Of a stretch of 64,000 nt of DNA, positions 12,377 through 24,028 are shown piece by piece. Position 1 is the stretch's first letter. Each line of letters begins with the position of its first letter. The translations under genes were made by a program, and so were the position numbers. A model generated the notes under the pieces. That model searched no databases, was not told where the DNA came from, and saw only the letters and a program-made list of their open reading frames with translations. Origin of the DNA: Macrostomum lignano (lineage: Eukaryota); NCBI GenBank assembly GCA_002269645.1, contig NIVC01003248.1:1-64000 (forward strand), written 5' to 3'.

Positions 12377-14323
12377 GTCGCGAGCTTCAAACAGCAGCCG
12401 GTAGTCACCCGGCAGTCTCAAAATGCCGGCCGTGCCCCGCAGAATTTCCTGCCGCCGCTCGGCGAACCCGGCCGCCAGGCGGACGCGGAACCGCTGCAGC
12501 ACGGCTGCGAACACCAGATACACCTGCATTCGAGCCAGCGACCTGCCTGCGCACGCCCGGAGACCCAGGGAGAACGGAACGTTCTTGCTGGCTCTGGCCC
12601 GGTCGAAGTTGCCCTCGGCCGTGAGGAATCGCTCCGGCAGGAACTCGTCGGGCCGGGGCCAAACGCCAGCGTCTCGCGACATTCCGTAGACGAACGGGAA
12701 GATCAGCGCGTCGCTAGGGATTCGGTAGCCCCGGAAGACGGTGCCGTCACCCACGGCCCGGTGGAACATCCCGAGAGGACTGAGCGACACCAGCCGGTAA
12801 ACTTCTTCGATGACCGCGCAGGTGACGGGTAGCCGGTCTTTGTCCCGCATCAGAGGTCGCCGCTCGCGTCCGACAATTTTGTCCAGCTCTGCGTGCACTT
12901 TGGCCTGCCAGGCCGGCTCGAAGGCGGCGTAGAGCATCAGCCACTCCAGGCTGCGCGCGGTGGTGTCCGTGCCGGCGAAGAACAGATCCATCACCACCGA
13001 AATGATCTGACAATCAGCATTGCGTCATCACAGATGAAAGATGATCCTAATCGCAGATGTATGCTCTAAGCGCCCCACATCCAGCAATTCTGCCAATTCC
13101 GCTGACTCCTGAGCACATGCATGTACAAGCGCGCCAGTACTGTACGCAGGCACGGTCTCATACACAGCCTCAATCTGCCAATTCCGCTGACTCCTGAGCA
13201 CATGCATGTACAAGCGCGCCAGTACTGTACGCAGGCACGGTCTCATCCACACCCTCAAGCAGGGTGTACAGCGGTCCTGCCGTGACTTTCTAATCGTCAG
13301 GCATGTACACTTTCTGTGCCTTGGAGATTGGCTGTCATGTGTGTGAATCGTATGGACGTATCGGCCCAGATACCCAGGTACATGCATATTTACCTGCTGA
13401 TCCTTGAATGTTTCGAAGTCCCCGCGAGCCTCCGCCCGGCTCCTTTCCTGGATGTAGACGTCGCACAGGCACTCGGGCTGGAAGGCCTCCACGTCGGCTC
13501 CCATCAGCTCCCTGCGCTGTCGAATCTGACCCCGGATGAACTCCTGGTTGGCCGCGACCAGCCGGGTGAAGTCGCTGGTGTCCGGGATGAGCCGCACCAG
13601 CCAGTCCAGCTGGGGGAACAGAAACGACAGGCCCTGCAGCGGACGCGTGGCGAACAGGCCGCTGGCTGCCGAGCGAATGAAGTCCAGATCCGGGTCGCCA
13701 CGCTTGAACTGTCGGCCGAGCGTCAGCGTGGCGATCACAGCGTTGCTGGCTTCGGAGAAAGTGTCCAGCACCTTCACTGGGCTGCCGGACTCGCTGGCCT
13801 CACGCAGGTCCGCCAGAATGTCATCCGTCTGGCTGTCGATCAACTTAGCCGAACCGTCTCTAGCGAAGCCGAAGTCCCTTAGTGTCCTCAGCGCGAGTCG
13901 CCGATGCATCTTCCACAGCGGACCTTCGCTGAACAGCAGGCCGCAGCCGCCGCTCTGCCGCTGGAAGATGGCAGCCTGGCACCTGCCCGTGTAGTTCTCA
14001 TCCTGGAGCATCTCGTCCGCCATCGCCAAGTCGTTGACAATGACGAACCGCTGGGCGCCCAGCCTGTAGGAGATGAGCGGGCCGTACTGGTCGCACAGCC
14101 GGGCAATGGACTCGTGCATCCGGGTCGGGTCCATGCTCGGCAGTGACCCCAGCACCGGCCAGCCCCGGGGTCCTGGCGGCAGCGGCGGCTCGCTTTTCTT
14201 CCGCCTGCGGACGGCCCTGAGAAGCAGCGCCACCGCTGCCGCTCCCGATGCAACGCCAGTCAGAAGGAGCAGCGGTCGGTTCTGGGCGCAGCCGAGGAGC
14301 CAGTCGCCCGCCTTCAGCAGCAT
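12374..14323 (-). CDS. Cytochrome P450, CYP2-clan-like, 520 aa, 2 exons (14323-13394, 13006-12374), copy 1
   Basis: N-terminal anchor, then PPGPRGWPVLG; I-helix AGTDTT; ExxR (EEVYR); PERF; heme motif FSLGLRACAG. Phase-0 GT-AG intron of 387 nt. Confidence 0.95.
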
Positions 14324-15265
14324 TTGCCTGTTCTGTGTTCCTGAGGCCCCCGACTTCAAGTTGAAACTTTAAGAAAAGTGTTTCCACTTGGCCCATAATC
14401 GCATGATGTGGTTGGCGAAACGATGATGCAGAGTGCCTAAATAGTAGTTTTATACTCGTAGTACCGTGTTTAAAAGAATCGTACTCAGACCGAACTGTTC
14501 TCAAGCCTTTCCAGAGTTCCTTGCCTGTGAGAAAGTTCAGTTTTTTTTCTGTACATTCGCTTAGATTATACAGCTGCCTGAGAGGCTTTCTTGGGTTCTC
14601 GTTCGTCTCTTGCGGACACAGCTTCAAATACACAGCTCACGCTCCAAGTACTTTTAATTGTGAAGCAAATTACTTTCGAATTCCAAGAAAACAGAAACAC
14701 CTGTTTTGAGCTCAACTGTCTCTTTCAAATAATTTCTTTATTGCCTGTAGTTTTTTGACACGTACACCCAGGCACACAAACTCTGCCTCGGTCTGTGCGT
14801 TCTCTTTTGTTCTTGTCAATCACCTGGCCGGTTCAGCGGAGCGCTCGCATAGCAGAGTTTGCGCGAGAGTACATGCTGATGGGGCTGCGTCTGTGTTTCA
14901 TGCAGCTTTCAGCTCAATTTCAAAAAAAGCATGCCAATTCGGGTTTTAAGTTGGAGATTTCTGAGCGCGCTGACAAACTTGGAGAAAGTTTAATTGTTCA
15001 AGAAAAGAATGCTATTTCTGTTAGCTGTCAGATCTATTTCCTGAGTGAGTCACCAATGATTCACGGCTCAATGCCAGGTGGGTTGGGCTATTCAATTGGT
15101 TTGATTTTATTGGCTGTAATTGCAGCTTACACAGGGAGCAGTTGGCAGGCATCGTTGGCTAAGCTATCGATTTCATATTGACAGACCATAAAAGGCGACT
15201 TCAGTCTCGAGTAAACAAGAGACTTGGACCGAGCTCACTGTTCCGGTTGTTCTCAGCGCATCGAA
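14324..15265. promoter_or_regulatory. Probable bidirectional promoter region between divergent CYP and DEG/ENaC genes (duplicated at 20526-21468)
   Basis: Start codons face away from each other 942 bp apart; no specific element identified. Confidence 0.4.
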
Positions 15266-15790
15266 ATGGCGTCTTGGCAGCAGCAGCAGCAGCAGCAGTC
15301 GAAAGCCGAGCTGGGAAAGCTCCGACGCAATGCACTGGTCTCCTTTGCTGAGAACACCTCAGCCCACGGAATCATGCACCTGACCCGGGGCTCAGGGGTC
15401 AGCCGCTTCATCTGGGTGGTGGTGATCGTGGGCGCCTGCGCCGGCTTTGCTCTGCACCTCAATGAGCTGGCCCAGCGGTACCTGAGCTACCCGGTGAGCA
15501 CTGAGTTCTCCAGCGAGGGCGCCGACTTTCAGTTTCCGACTGTGACCATTTGCCCGACCTACTTCATCACTTACAACACACCTGCAATTGAAAGCAATTA
15601 TTCAGTACCGGGTGGGTGCGATGCCTTGCCAGTGTGAGCAGATGCTTTTGCATATCCTTACACATTTTAACTGCATGAAATCTCGCTTCTCTATGTAGGT
15701 CATTCCAGGAACCTGAACCAGATGATCTTCGACATCGCGCTGCTGTTCTATCGCGCTGCTATTATATCAGTTCTATCAGGACTGATATAA
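15266..15790 (+). pseudogene. Truncated DEG/ENaC copy: exon 1 (15266-15611) plus partial exon 2 (15699-15752) reading into the junction; 145 aa if spliced
   Basis: Identical to the 5' part of the gene at 21469 up to ...CTGTTCTATC; frame continues RAAIISVLSGLI to TAA at 15788-15790. Confidence 0.9.
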
Positions 15791-15791
15791 T
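15753..15791. other. Duplication junction with 26 nt of templated insertion and an 11-bp hairpin
   Basis: gcgctgct is a copy of 15737-15744; attatatcagt is the reverse complement of actgatataat (start of the duplicated unit); gttctatcag matches 21948-21957. Confidence 0.9.
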
Positions 15792-17546
15792 GAATGTTCA
15801 CAACAGCCTGATGCAACGACTTTGGCTTCATCGGGTCTCAACTACGAGCCGTAGCGGTAGTGGTATGGCAATTCTTCCCATTCCGCTGACTTTACCTGAA
15901 ACTTTACCTGTACGAACTGAAGTCTGCCGAACAATTAACTGAACTGACACATGTGCCGCTTTAATATTAAAGGCAACGCAGATGTAGCACAGTGCAAGAG
16001 TTTATATGCCTAGTATTTTAACAGGTGCGTACAGTAAGTAGTACACTGTTCGTGTCATGCACTCGCATGTCGCACGCCCATTGGCTGTGTGCTTCGAATT
16101 CAGCGTCAACATCCTTAATTAAGAGTAAGCTAACAGTGATGCGGTAGATATCTGGGGGCGTGATGAATCATTCTATTTTTGGCGATAACATTGGCGGTAA
16201 ACACTGCTACGAGGTGCACACGAAGTGAGTTCTAAAGCGTTCGAATTTCTCTGGATTTAGAAGTCAGGCAGTTACAACAGTCGGCTCCTTTGCTCAGCAC
16301 TTGCTCAGGACTCTGTAAAGCCGATGGAGCAAACCAACTTTAGCCACACTAATTGCAGTAGAAATCAACTGATGCTCAAATCGTCGAAACTCATGCATCA
16401 TTATCGAGGTAATAATCATTAATTGGAGATCCCATTTATCCAGGTACAAATCTCTAATTAGGTATCCCATCATCCAGGTAGAAATCTCTAATTAAATATC
16501 CCATCATCCAGATAAAAATCTCTAATTAAATATCCCATCATCCAGATAAAAATCTCTAATTAAATATCCCATCATCCAGGTACAAATCTCTAATTAGGTA
16601 TCCCAACATCCAGGTAAAAGTCTCTAATTAGAGATCCCCTTCATCCGGGTAAAAATCCGAACTATCGATCCCATTGTGAAGTTTGCATGCGAGGCTGTGC
16701 CTTTATGCTTGTGTTTGTTATTTTATTCCTTCTATTTGGTCACGTGCTCTTTGTACATGGCTCTGTACATTTTAACCTCTGCCCCTCAGGGGTGATTCGT
16801 TTTTACTCTATTCATTATTCTATCGCTGACAATTTATAAAGTGAATGCTTTCGATAAAAAATGCCAAATATACTTCCTTTACTTTGCCCTACATTCTCAG
16901 CCCTTACACCATTTATCCACAAATAGCTACATGTAGTTAGAGATTCCATTTATCCGGGGCACAGTGAAGATTTCGTCACTCAGGTGATCATATTTTTACG
17001 AGTATATTTTCAAATAATCGATAAAATTATTGGTGATCAGATAGTTGAATGAGTGAGCGCAGTTACTGCGAAACCAGAACTGAAACTACCAGAGGAAGCT
17101 GGAAAGATTTCCTCGAGCTGAATTCACGTCGAAAAAGTTGCCGAAAGGTCGAAACATGGAGAAAAGTCTCAGTGGATTTCCTTTAAAAAATAAAAATAGG
17201 CACAGTCGGGTAGAAATTCAAGTCCTCATTTTGCGGGATCTAAAACGAGTAGATATGACTGAATAAATGTGAGTAGATAACTATGAAGGTCATGTTTAAC
17301 ACACCTTTAAATAGAATACAGTAAGTAGTTAACCGAGCATTCAAAAGTTGCAACTTATCAAAAATTTGGAGTGCTTTCATGTTAATTTGGCCACTGATGC
17401 GCGGCTTTGAGCCCCTCAATACTACTGCAAGTATTTTATAAAGCTCGTATACCGATAGCTTAAAAAGTTCGGATAGCTTTACTTCAAACAAAAATTCAAC
17501 GAAACCTAATTATCCAGACCAAGAAACGTTTACCGGTACATTATTT

Positions 17547-18578
17547 CCGCCTGCACCCGCCTCACCTGCATCAGCTCCACCTGCATCAGTTCCACCTGCA
17601 CCAGCCCCACCTGCATCAGCTCCAGCTGCATCAGTTCCACCTGCACTAGCTACACCTGCATCAGCTCCACCTGCATCAGTTCCACCTGCACCAGCCCCAC
17701 CTGCATCAGCTCCAGCTGCATCAGTTCCACCTGCACTAGCTACACCTGCATCAGCTCCACCTGCATCAGTTCCACCTGCACCAGCCCCACCTGCATCAGC
17801 TCCAGCTGCATCAGTTCCACCTGCACTAGCTACACCTGCATCAGCTCCACCTGCATCAGTTCCACCTGCACCAGCCCCACCTGCATCAGCTCCAGCTGCA
17901 TCAGTTCCACCTGCACTAGCTACACCTGCATCAGCTCCACCTGCATCAGTTCCACCTGCACCAGCCCCACCTGCATCAGCTCCAGCTGCATCAGTTCCAC
18001 CTGCACCAGCTCCACCTGCACTAGCTCCACCTGCACCAGCTCCACCTGCACCAGCTCCACCTGCACCAGCCCCACCTGCATCAGCTCCAGCTGCATCAGT
18101 TCCACCTGCACCAGCTCCAGCTGCATCAGTTCCACCTGCACTAGCTACACCTGCATCAGCTCCACCTGCATCAGTTCCACCTGCACCAGCCCCACCTGCA
18201 TCAGCTCCAGCTGCATCAGTTCCACCTGCACCAGCTCCACCTGCACTAGCTCCACCTGCACCAGCTCCACCTGCACCAGCTCCACCTGCACCAGCCCCAC
18301 CTGCATCAGCTCCAGCTGCATCAGTTCCACCTGCACCAGCTCCACCTGCACTAGCTCCACCTGCACCAGCTCCACCTGCACCAGCTCCACCTGCACCAGC
18401 TCCAGCTGCATCAGTGCTACCTACACCAGCTCCAGCTGCATCAGTGCTACCTGCACCAGCTCCACCTGCATTAGTTCCACCTGCACCAGCTCCACCTGCA
18501 CCAGCTCCACCTGCACCAGCTCCACCTGCACCAGCTCCACCTGCACCAGCTCCACCTGCACCAGCTCCACCTGCATCA
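17547..18578. repeat. 15-bp VNTR after CYP copy 2, 225 bp (15 units) longer than in copy 1
   Basis: Overlapping ORF is 366 aa vs 291 aa; offset changes from 5977 to 6202. Confidence 0.95.
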
Positions 18579-20525
18579 GTCGCGAGCTTCAAACAGCAGC
18601 CGGTAGTCACCCGGCAGTCTCAAAATGCCGGCCGTGCCCCGCAGAATTTCCTGCCGCCGCTCGGCGAACCCGGCCGCCAGGCGGACGCGGAACCGCTGCA
18701 GCACGGCTGCGAACACCAGATACACCTGCATTCGAGCCAGCGACCTGCCTGCGCACGCCCGGAGACCCAGGGAGAACGGAACGTTCTTGCTGGCTCTGGC
18801 CCGGTCGAAGTTGCCCTCGGCCGTGAGGAATCGCTCCGGCAGGAACTCGTCGGGCCGGGGCCAAACGCCAGCGTCTCGCGACATTCCGTAGACGAACGGG
18901 AAGATCAGCGCGTCGCTAGGGATTCGGTAGCCCCGGAAGACGGTGCCGTCACCCACGGCCCGGTGGAACATCCCGAGAGGACTGAGCGACACCAGCCGGT
19001 AAACTTCTTCGATGACCGCGCAGGTGACGGGTAGCCGGTCTTTGTCCCGCATCAGAGGTCGCCGCTCGCGTCCGACAATTTTGTCCAGCTCTGCGTGCAC
19101 TTTGGCCTGCCAGGCCGGCTCGAAGGCGGCGTAGAGCATCAGCCACTCCAGGCTGCGCGCGGTGGTGTCCGTGCCGGCGAAGAACAGATCCATCACCACC
19201 GAAATGATCTGACAATCAGCATTGCGTCATCACAGATGAAAGATGATCCTAATCGCAGATGTATGCTCTAAGCGCCCCACATCCAGCAATTCTGCCAATT
19301 CCGCTGACTCCTGAGCACATGCATGTACAAGCGCGCCAGTACTGTACGCAGGCACGGTCTCATACACAGCCTCAATCTGCCAATTCCGCTGACTCCTGAG
19401 CACATGCATGTACAAGCGCGCCAGTACTGTACGCAGGCACGGTCTCATCCACACCCTCAAGCAGGGTGTACAGCGGTCCTGCCGTGACTTTCTAATCGTC
19501 AGGCATGTACACTTTCTGTGCCTTGGAGATTGGCTGTCATGTGTGTGAATCGTATGGACGTATCGGCCCAGATACCCAGGTACATGCATATTTACCTGCT
19601 GATCCTTGAATGTTTCGAAGTCCCCGCGAGCCTCCGCCCGGCTCCTTTCCTGGATGTAGACGTCGCACAGGCACTCGGGCTGGAAGGCCTCCACGTCGGC
19701 TCCCATCAGCTCCCTGCGCTGTCGAATCTGACCCCGGATGAACTCCTGGTTGGCCGCGACCAGCCGGGTGAAGTCGCTGGTGTCCGGGATGAGCCGCACC
19801 AGCCAGTCCAGCTGGGGGAACAGAAACGACAGGCCCTGCAGCGGACGCGTGGCGAACAGGCCGCTGGCTGCCGAGCGAATGAAGTCCAGATCCGGGTCGC
19901 CACGCTTGAACTGTCGGCCGAGCGTCAGCGTGGCGATCACAGCGTTGCTGGCTTCGGAGAAAGTGTCCAGCACCTTCACTGGGCTGCCGGACTCGCTGGC
20001 CTCACGCAGGTCCGCCAGAATGTCATCCGTCTGGCTGTCGATCAACTTAGCCGAACCGTCTCTAGCGAAGCCGAAGTCCCTTAGTGTCCTCAGCGCGAGT
20101 CGCCGATGCATCTTCCACAGCGGACCTTCGCTGAACAGCAGGCCGCAGCCGCCGCTCTGCCGCTGGAAGATGGCAGCCTGGCACCTGCCCGTGTAGTTCT
20201 CATCCTGGAGCATCTCGTCCGCCATCGCCAAGTCGTTGACAATGACGAACCGCTGGGCGCCCAGCCTGTAGGAGATGAGCGGGCCGTACTGGTCGCACAG
20301 CCGGGCAATGGACTCGTGCATCCGGGTCGGGTCCATGCTCGGCAGTGACCCCAGCACCGGCCAGCCCCGGGGTCCTGGCGGCAGCGGCGGCTCGCTTTTC
20401 TTCCGCCTGCGGACGGCCCTGAGAAGCAGCGCCACCGCTGCCGCTCCCGATGCAACGCCAGTCAGAAGGAGCAGCGGTCGGTTCTGGGCGCAGCCGAGGA
20501 GCCAGTCGCCCGCCTTCAGCAGCAT
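18576..20525 (-). CDS. Cytochrome P450, CYP2-clan-like, 520 aa, copy 2 (exons 20525-19596, 19208-18576)
   Basis: ORF-track translations identical to copy 1; all P450 motifs intact. Confidence 0.95.
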
Positions 20526-21468
20526 TTGCCTGTTCTGTGTTCCTGAGGCCCCCGACTTCAAGTTGAAACTTTAAGAAAAGTGTTTCCACTTGGCCCCATA
20601 ATCGCATGATGTGGTTGGCGAAACGATGATGCAGAGTGCCTAAATAGTAGTTTTATACTCGTAGTACCGTGTTTAAAAGAATCGTACTCAGACCGAACTG
20701 TTCTCAAGCCTTTCCAGAGTTCCTTGCCTGTGAGAAAGTTCAGTTTTTTTTCTGTACATTCGCTTAGATTATACAGCTGCCTGAGAGGCTTTCTTGGGTT
20801 CTCGTTCGTCTCTTGCGGACACAGCTTCAAATACACAGCTCACGCTCCAAGTACTTTTAATTGTGAAGCAAATTACTTTCGAATTCCAAGAAAACAGAAA
20901 CACCTGTTTTGAGCTCAACTGTCTCTTTCAAATAATTTCTTTATTGCCTGTAGTTTTTTGACACGTACACCCAGGCACACAAACTCTGCCTCGGTCTGTG
21001 CGTTCTCTTTTGTTCTTGTCAATCACCTGGCCGGTTCAGCGGAGCGCTCGCATAGCAGAGTTTGCGCGAGAGTACATGCTGATGGGGCTGCGTCTGTGTT
21101 TCATGCAGCTTTCAGCTCAATTTCAAAAAAAGCATGCCAATTCGGGTTTTAAGTTGGAGATTTCTGAGCGCGCTGACAAACTTGGAGAAAGTTTAATTGT
21201 TCAAGAAAAGAATGCTATTTCTGTTAGCTGTCAGATCTATTTCCTGAGTGAGTCACCAATGATTCACGGCTCAATGCCAGGTGGGTTGGGCTATTCAATT
21301 GGTTTGATTTTATTGGCTGTAATTGCAGCTTACACAGGGAGCAGTTGGCAGGCATCGTTGGCTAAGCTATCGATTTCATATTGACAGACCATAAAAGGCG
21401 ACTTCAGTCTCGAGTAAACAAGAGACTTGGACCGAGCTCACTGTTCCGGTTGTTCTCAGCGCATCGAA

Positions 21469-24028
21469 ATGGCGTCTTGGCAGCAGCAGCAGCAGCAGCA
21501 GTCGAAAGCCGAGCTGGGAAAGCTCCGACGCAATGCACTGGTCTCCTTTGCTGAGAACACCTCAGCCCACGGAATCATGCACCTGACCCGGGGCTCAGGG
21601 GTCAGCCGCTTCATCTGGGTGGTGGTGATCGTGGGCGCCTGCGCCGGCTTTGCTCTGCACCTCAATGAGCTGGCCCAGCGGTACCTGAGCTACCCGGTGA
21701 GCACTGAGTTCTCCAGCGAGGGCGCCGACTTTCAGTTTCCGACTGTGACCATTTGCCCGACCTACTTCATCACTTACAACACACCTGCAATTGAAAGCAA
21801 TTATTCAGTACCGGGTGGGTGCGATGCCTTGCCAGTGTGAGCAGATGCTTTTGCATATCCTTACACATTTTAACTGCATGAAATCTCGCTTCTCTATGTA
21901 GGTCATTCCAGGAACCTGAACCAGATGATCTTCGACATCGCGCTGCTGTTCTATCAGCTGAAGCTGGACAACTGGAACGTCTCCATGCCGCCGGAGGACT
22001 TTGACTCGTATTATGACGGAAAGCTGGGGCTGCGGTCCCTCGCATATCGAGGAGTTCTGTTCCAGCTGCCGCATGAGACGGTCATCTACTGCCGGTACAA
22101 CTCGGAGCCCTGCTCCTATGAGAACTTCACCGTCTACAAGGATGAGGACAGGTGAGACAGAGTCAAACTTCATGTTAGAGAAATTTTAAAACTCTTCATA
22201 CGAAAGTTAAATTAAACTTCAGGTTCATGTGCCTGTCCTTTAATCCACTGAACCGGACGATCACGCAAGCTGGCGAGGGCAGCGGGCTGTACTTAGTGCT
22301 GTACAACTACGGCTTCTCGTTCCTCACCAATGCGGAGCTGGTGGACAATGTCCCCGGCTTCCGCGTGGCGCTGCACGAAAAAGGTAAGGCACTGTGCGAT
22401 CCTAGCGTTGAGGGTTAGGGTGGTCGCGAGCTCGGGTGCCTTGGACGTCTGCATTTAATGACATTCTCCACTGGCAAATGCGGTCAATACGGTCGTTCTA
22501 TGCACAAGAGCTGAACTGAACCCGCCAGCCCCCGCACAAAATGCAGGCTTCAAGCCCGACATGGTCTCAAGCTTCAACGCTCTGTTCGGCTACAAGACCT
22601 CGGCCCAGGTGACCGTGCAAAGCGAAACGAAGGTCAATCGAGCGGCTGCGGCGTGCACTGAAGACCTTCCGAACGTCACCTACACGGGGAACTTTTCGAT
22701 GCCTGGAAACTACGAGAACCAGAGCTTCTATGGAACAACTGAGGACTGCGTCATCAGAATCATGCAGGAGGAGTACCGCAACACCTGTAGCTGCTTAGGA
22801 ACTCACCTGCCGCTGCCTACGGACCTTATGAACGACACTGAAGTGTGTCACATGCTGCCTGAGGAGGTGGGGCCATTTTACTCTGGTACAAAATAGTTAG
22901 CAAAGCAGAAGAAATAAAATAAGCAAGGCAGTCAAGACTAACTTTGTTGCACTTCATTTCCAATGCAGGTGTTTTTCTTCGACATAAGGCATCGAAAAAA
23001 CGCTTTAAACATGACGGAGTACATCATCACAAATCGGAGCTGGGTGTACAACACACTGACCGAGTACCTGCAGCAGAACTGGGACGTGTACAACCGCACT
23101 GCGCAGCGGGTCAAATGCTTCCACCGAGTGCTGCAGCGCCAGAAGACGCATGGCGTGTGGGCCAAGCAGTGCCCGGTCCGCTGCAGCAACACCCGCTACA
23201 GCGTCACCACCGGGGTGTCCACCTGGCCCCGTGACACAACACTGGCGGTGGTCGCCGTGAGGGACTACGCCGCCGAACTGCTCAAGAAACTCGCTCGCAC
23301 CAACCTCTCCAGCTCGCGGCCGCAGATTCTGCACGACTACACTTCTTACATGATTGACAAAAAGTTCATCAGCGTGCTGGATCTGTACCCCAAGACCACC
23401 AAGATCAGCGTCTTCACCGAGTCGTTTGGATATCCTCTGAGGAATTTTTTCTCGGACTTAGGTGGCATTCTCGGTGAGTCCTAGCAGTTACCTAACTGTA
23501 ATCGCACCAAAACCTTTTTGGCCAGGGAGGTTGACGGCAACAAGTTGACTGCCGACGAATTGGGAGCAATAGTGAGGCCTAACGGCGAGCCTACGAGAAT
23601 AGAGCCAGAGGGAATCTTCTTAGTGTAAAATATTGGCTAGTGACTTTCCGTTAGCAACTGCTCCAGGAGACTTGTACCCAGTTCTAGGCTGGACATTGAC
23701 TACGTAGCATGGGGATGTAGAGTCCAAGGTTGAGCAATATGACCGCGCTGTAACTTCAGGCCTCTGGGTTGGAGTCTCGATCATCACCCTGCTGGAGATG
23801 GTGGAGCTTCTTGTCCAAATTCTGGTCCTGTCCGCATCCAAGCTGCAGTCGGGCGGCGGGCAACAGGTGCAACCACTCCAGGGCTCGCACCTCCAGGACA
23901 CGGAGTCACGTGACATCTATTCCTCCAAATTGGACTTGGATTGCAAGAAATCAACGGATCTGGAATCGGTTCGGGCCATGGAACAGCCGCAGTGCATTGA
24001 GGCGCTTGGAAATGAGCAGCGAATATGA
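21469..24028 (+). CDS. DEG/ENaC (ASIC/FaNaC-like) sodium channel subunit, 616 aa, 6 exons (21469-21814, 21902-22151, 22223-22383, 22547-22866, 22969-23473, 23760-24028)
   Basis: Pre-TM1 TSAHG; TM1; FPTVTIC; Cys-rich ectodomain; GFRVALH; TM2 SDLGGILGLWVGVSIITLLE with GxS filter. All introns GT-AG and phase-consistent (total 1851 nt). Confidence 0.93.

Larger units (their letters stand above)
9802..21957. other. Head-to-tail segmental duplication of about 6 kb (copy 1: 9802-15752; copy 2: 15779-21957)
   Basis: Identical ORF-track translations at constant offsets of 5977, then 6202 (after a 225-bp VNTR gain), then 6203 (after a 1-bp C-run difference, ggccc vs ggcccc near 14391/20593). Confidence 0.97.

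Noticed and set aside
13028-14359. 443-aa ORF as a single-exon protein starting at TTG
   Set aside because: It runs through the CYP intron; the spliced model from ATG 14323 restores all P450 motifs.
9802-21957. Duplication as an assembly artefact
   Set aside because: The junction holds novel, locally templated sequence and the copies differ in VNTR length and by a 1-bp indel; not fully excluded without reads.
23440-23475. Gain-of-function degenerin-site substitution in the channel
   Set aside because: The deg position (S in SDLGG) is a small residue, and the GxS filter (GVS) is normal.
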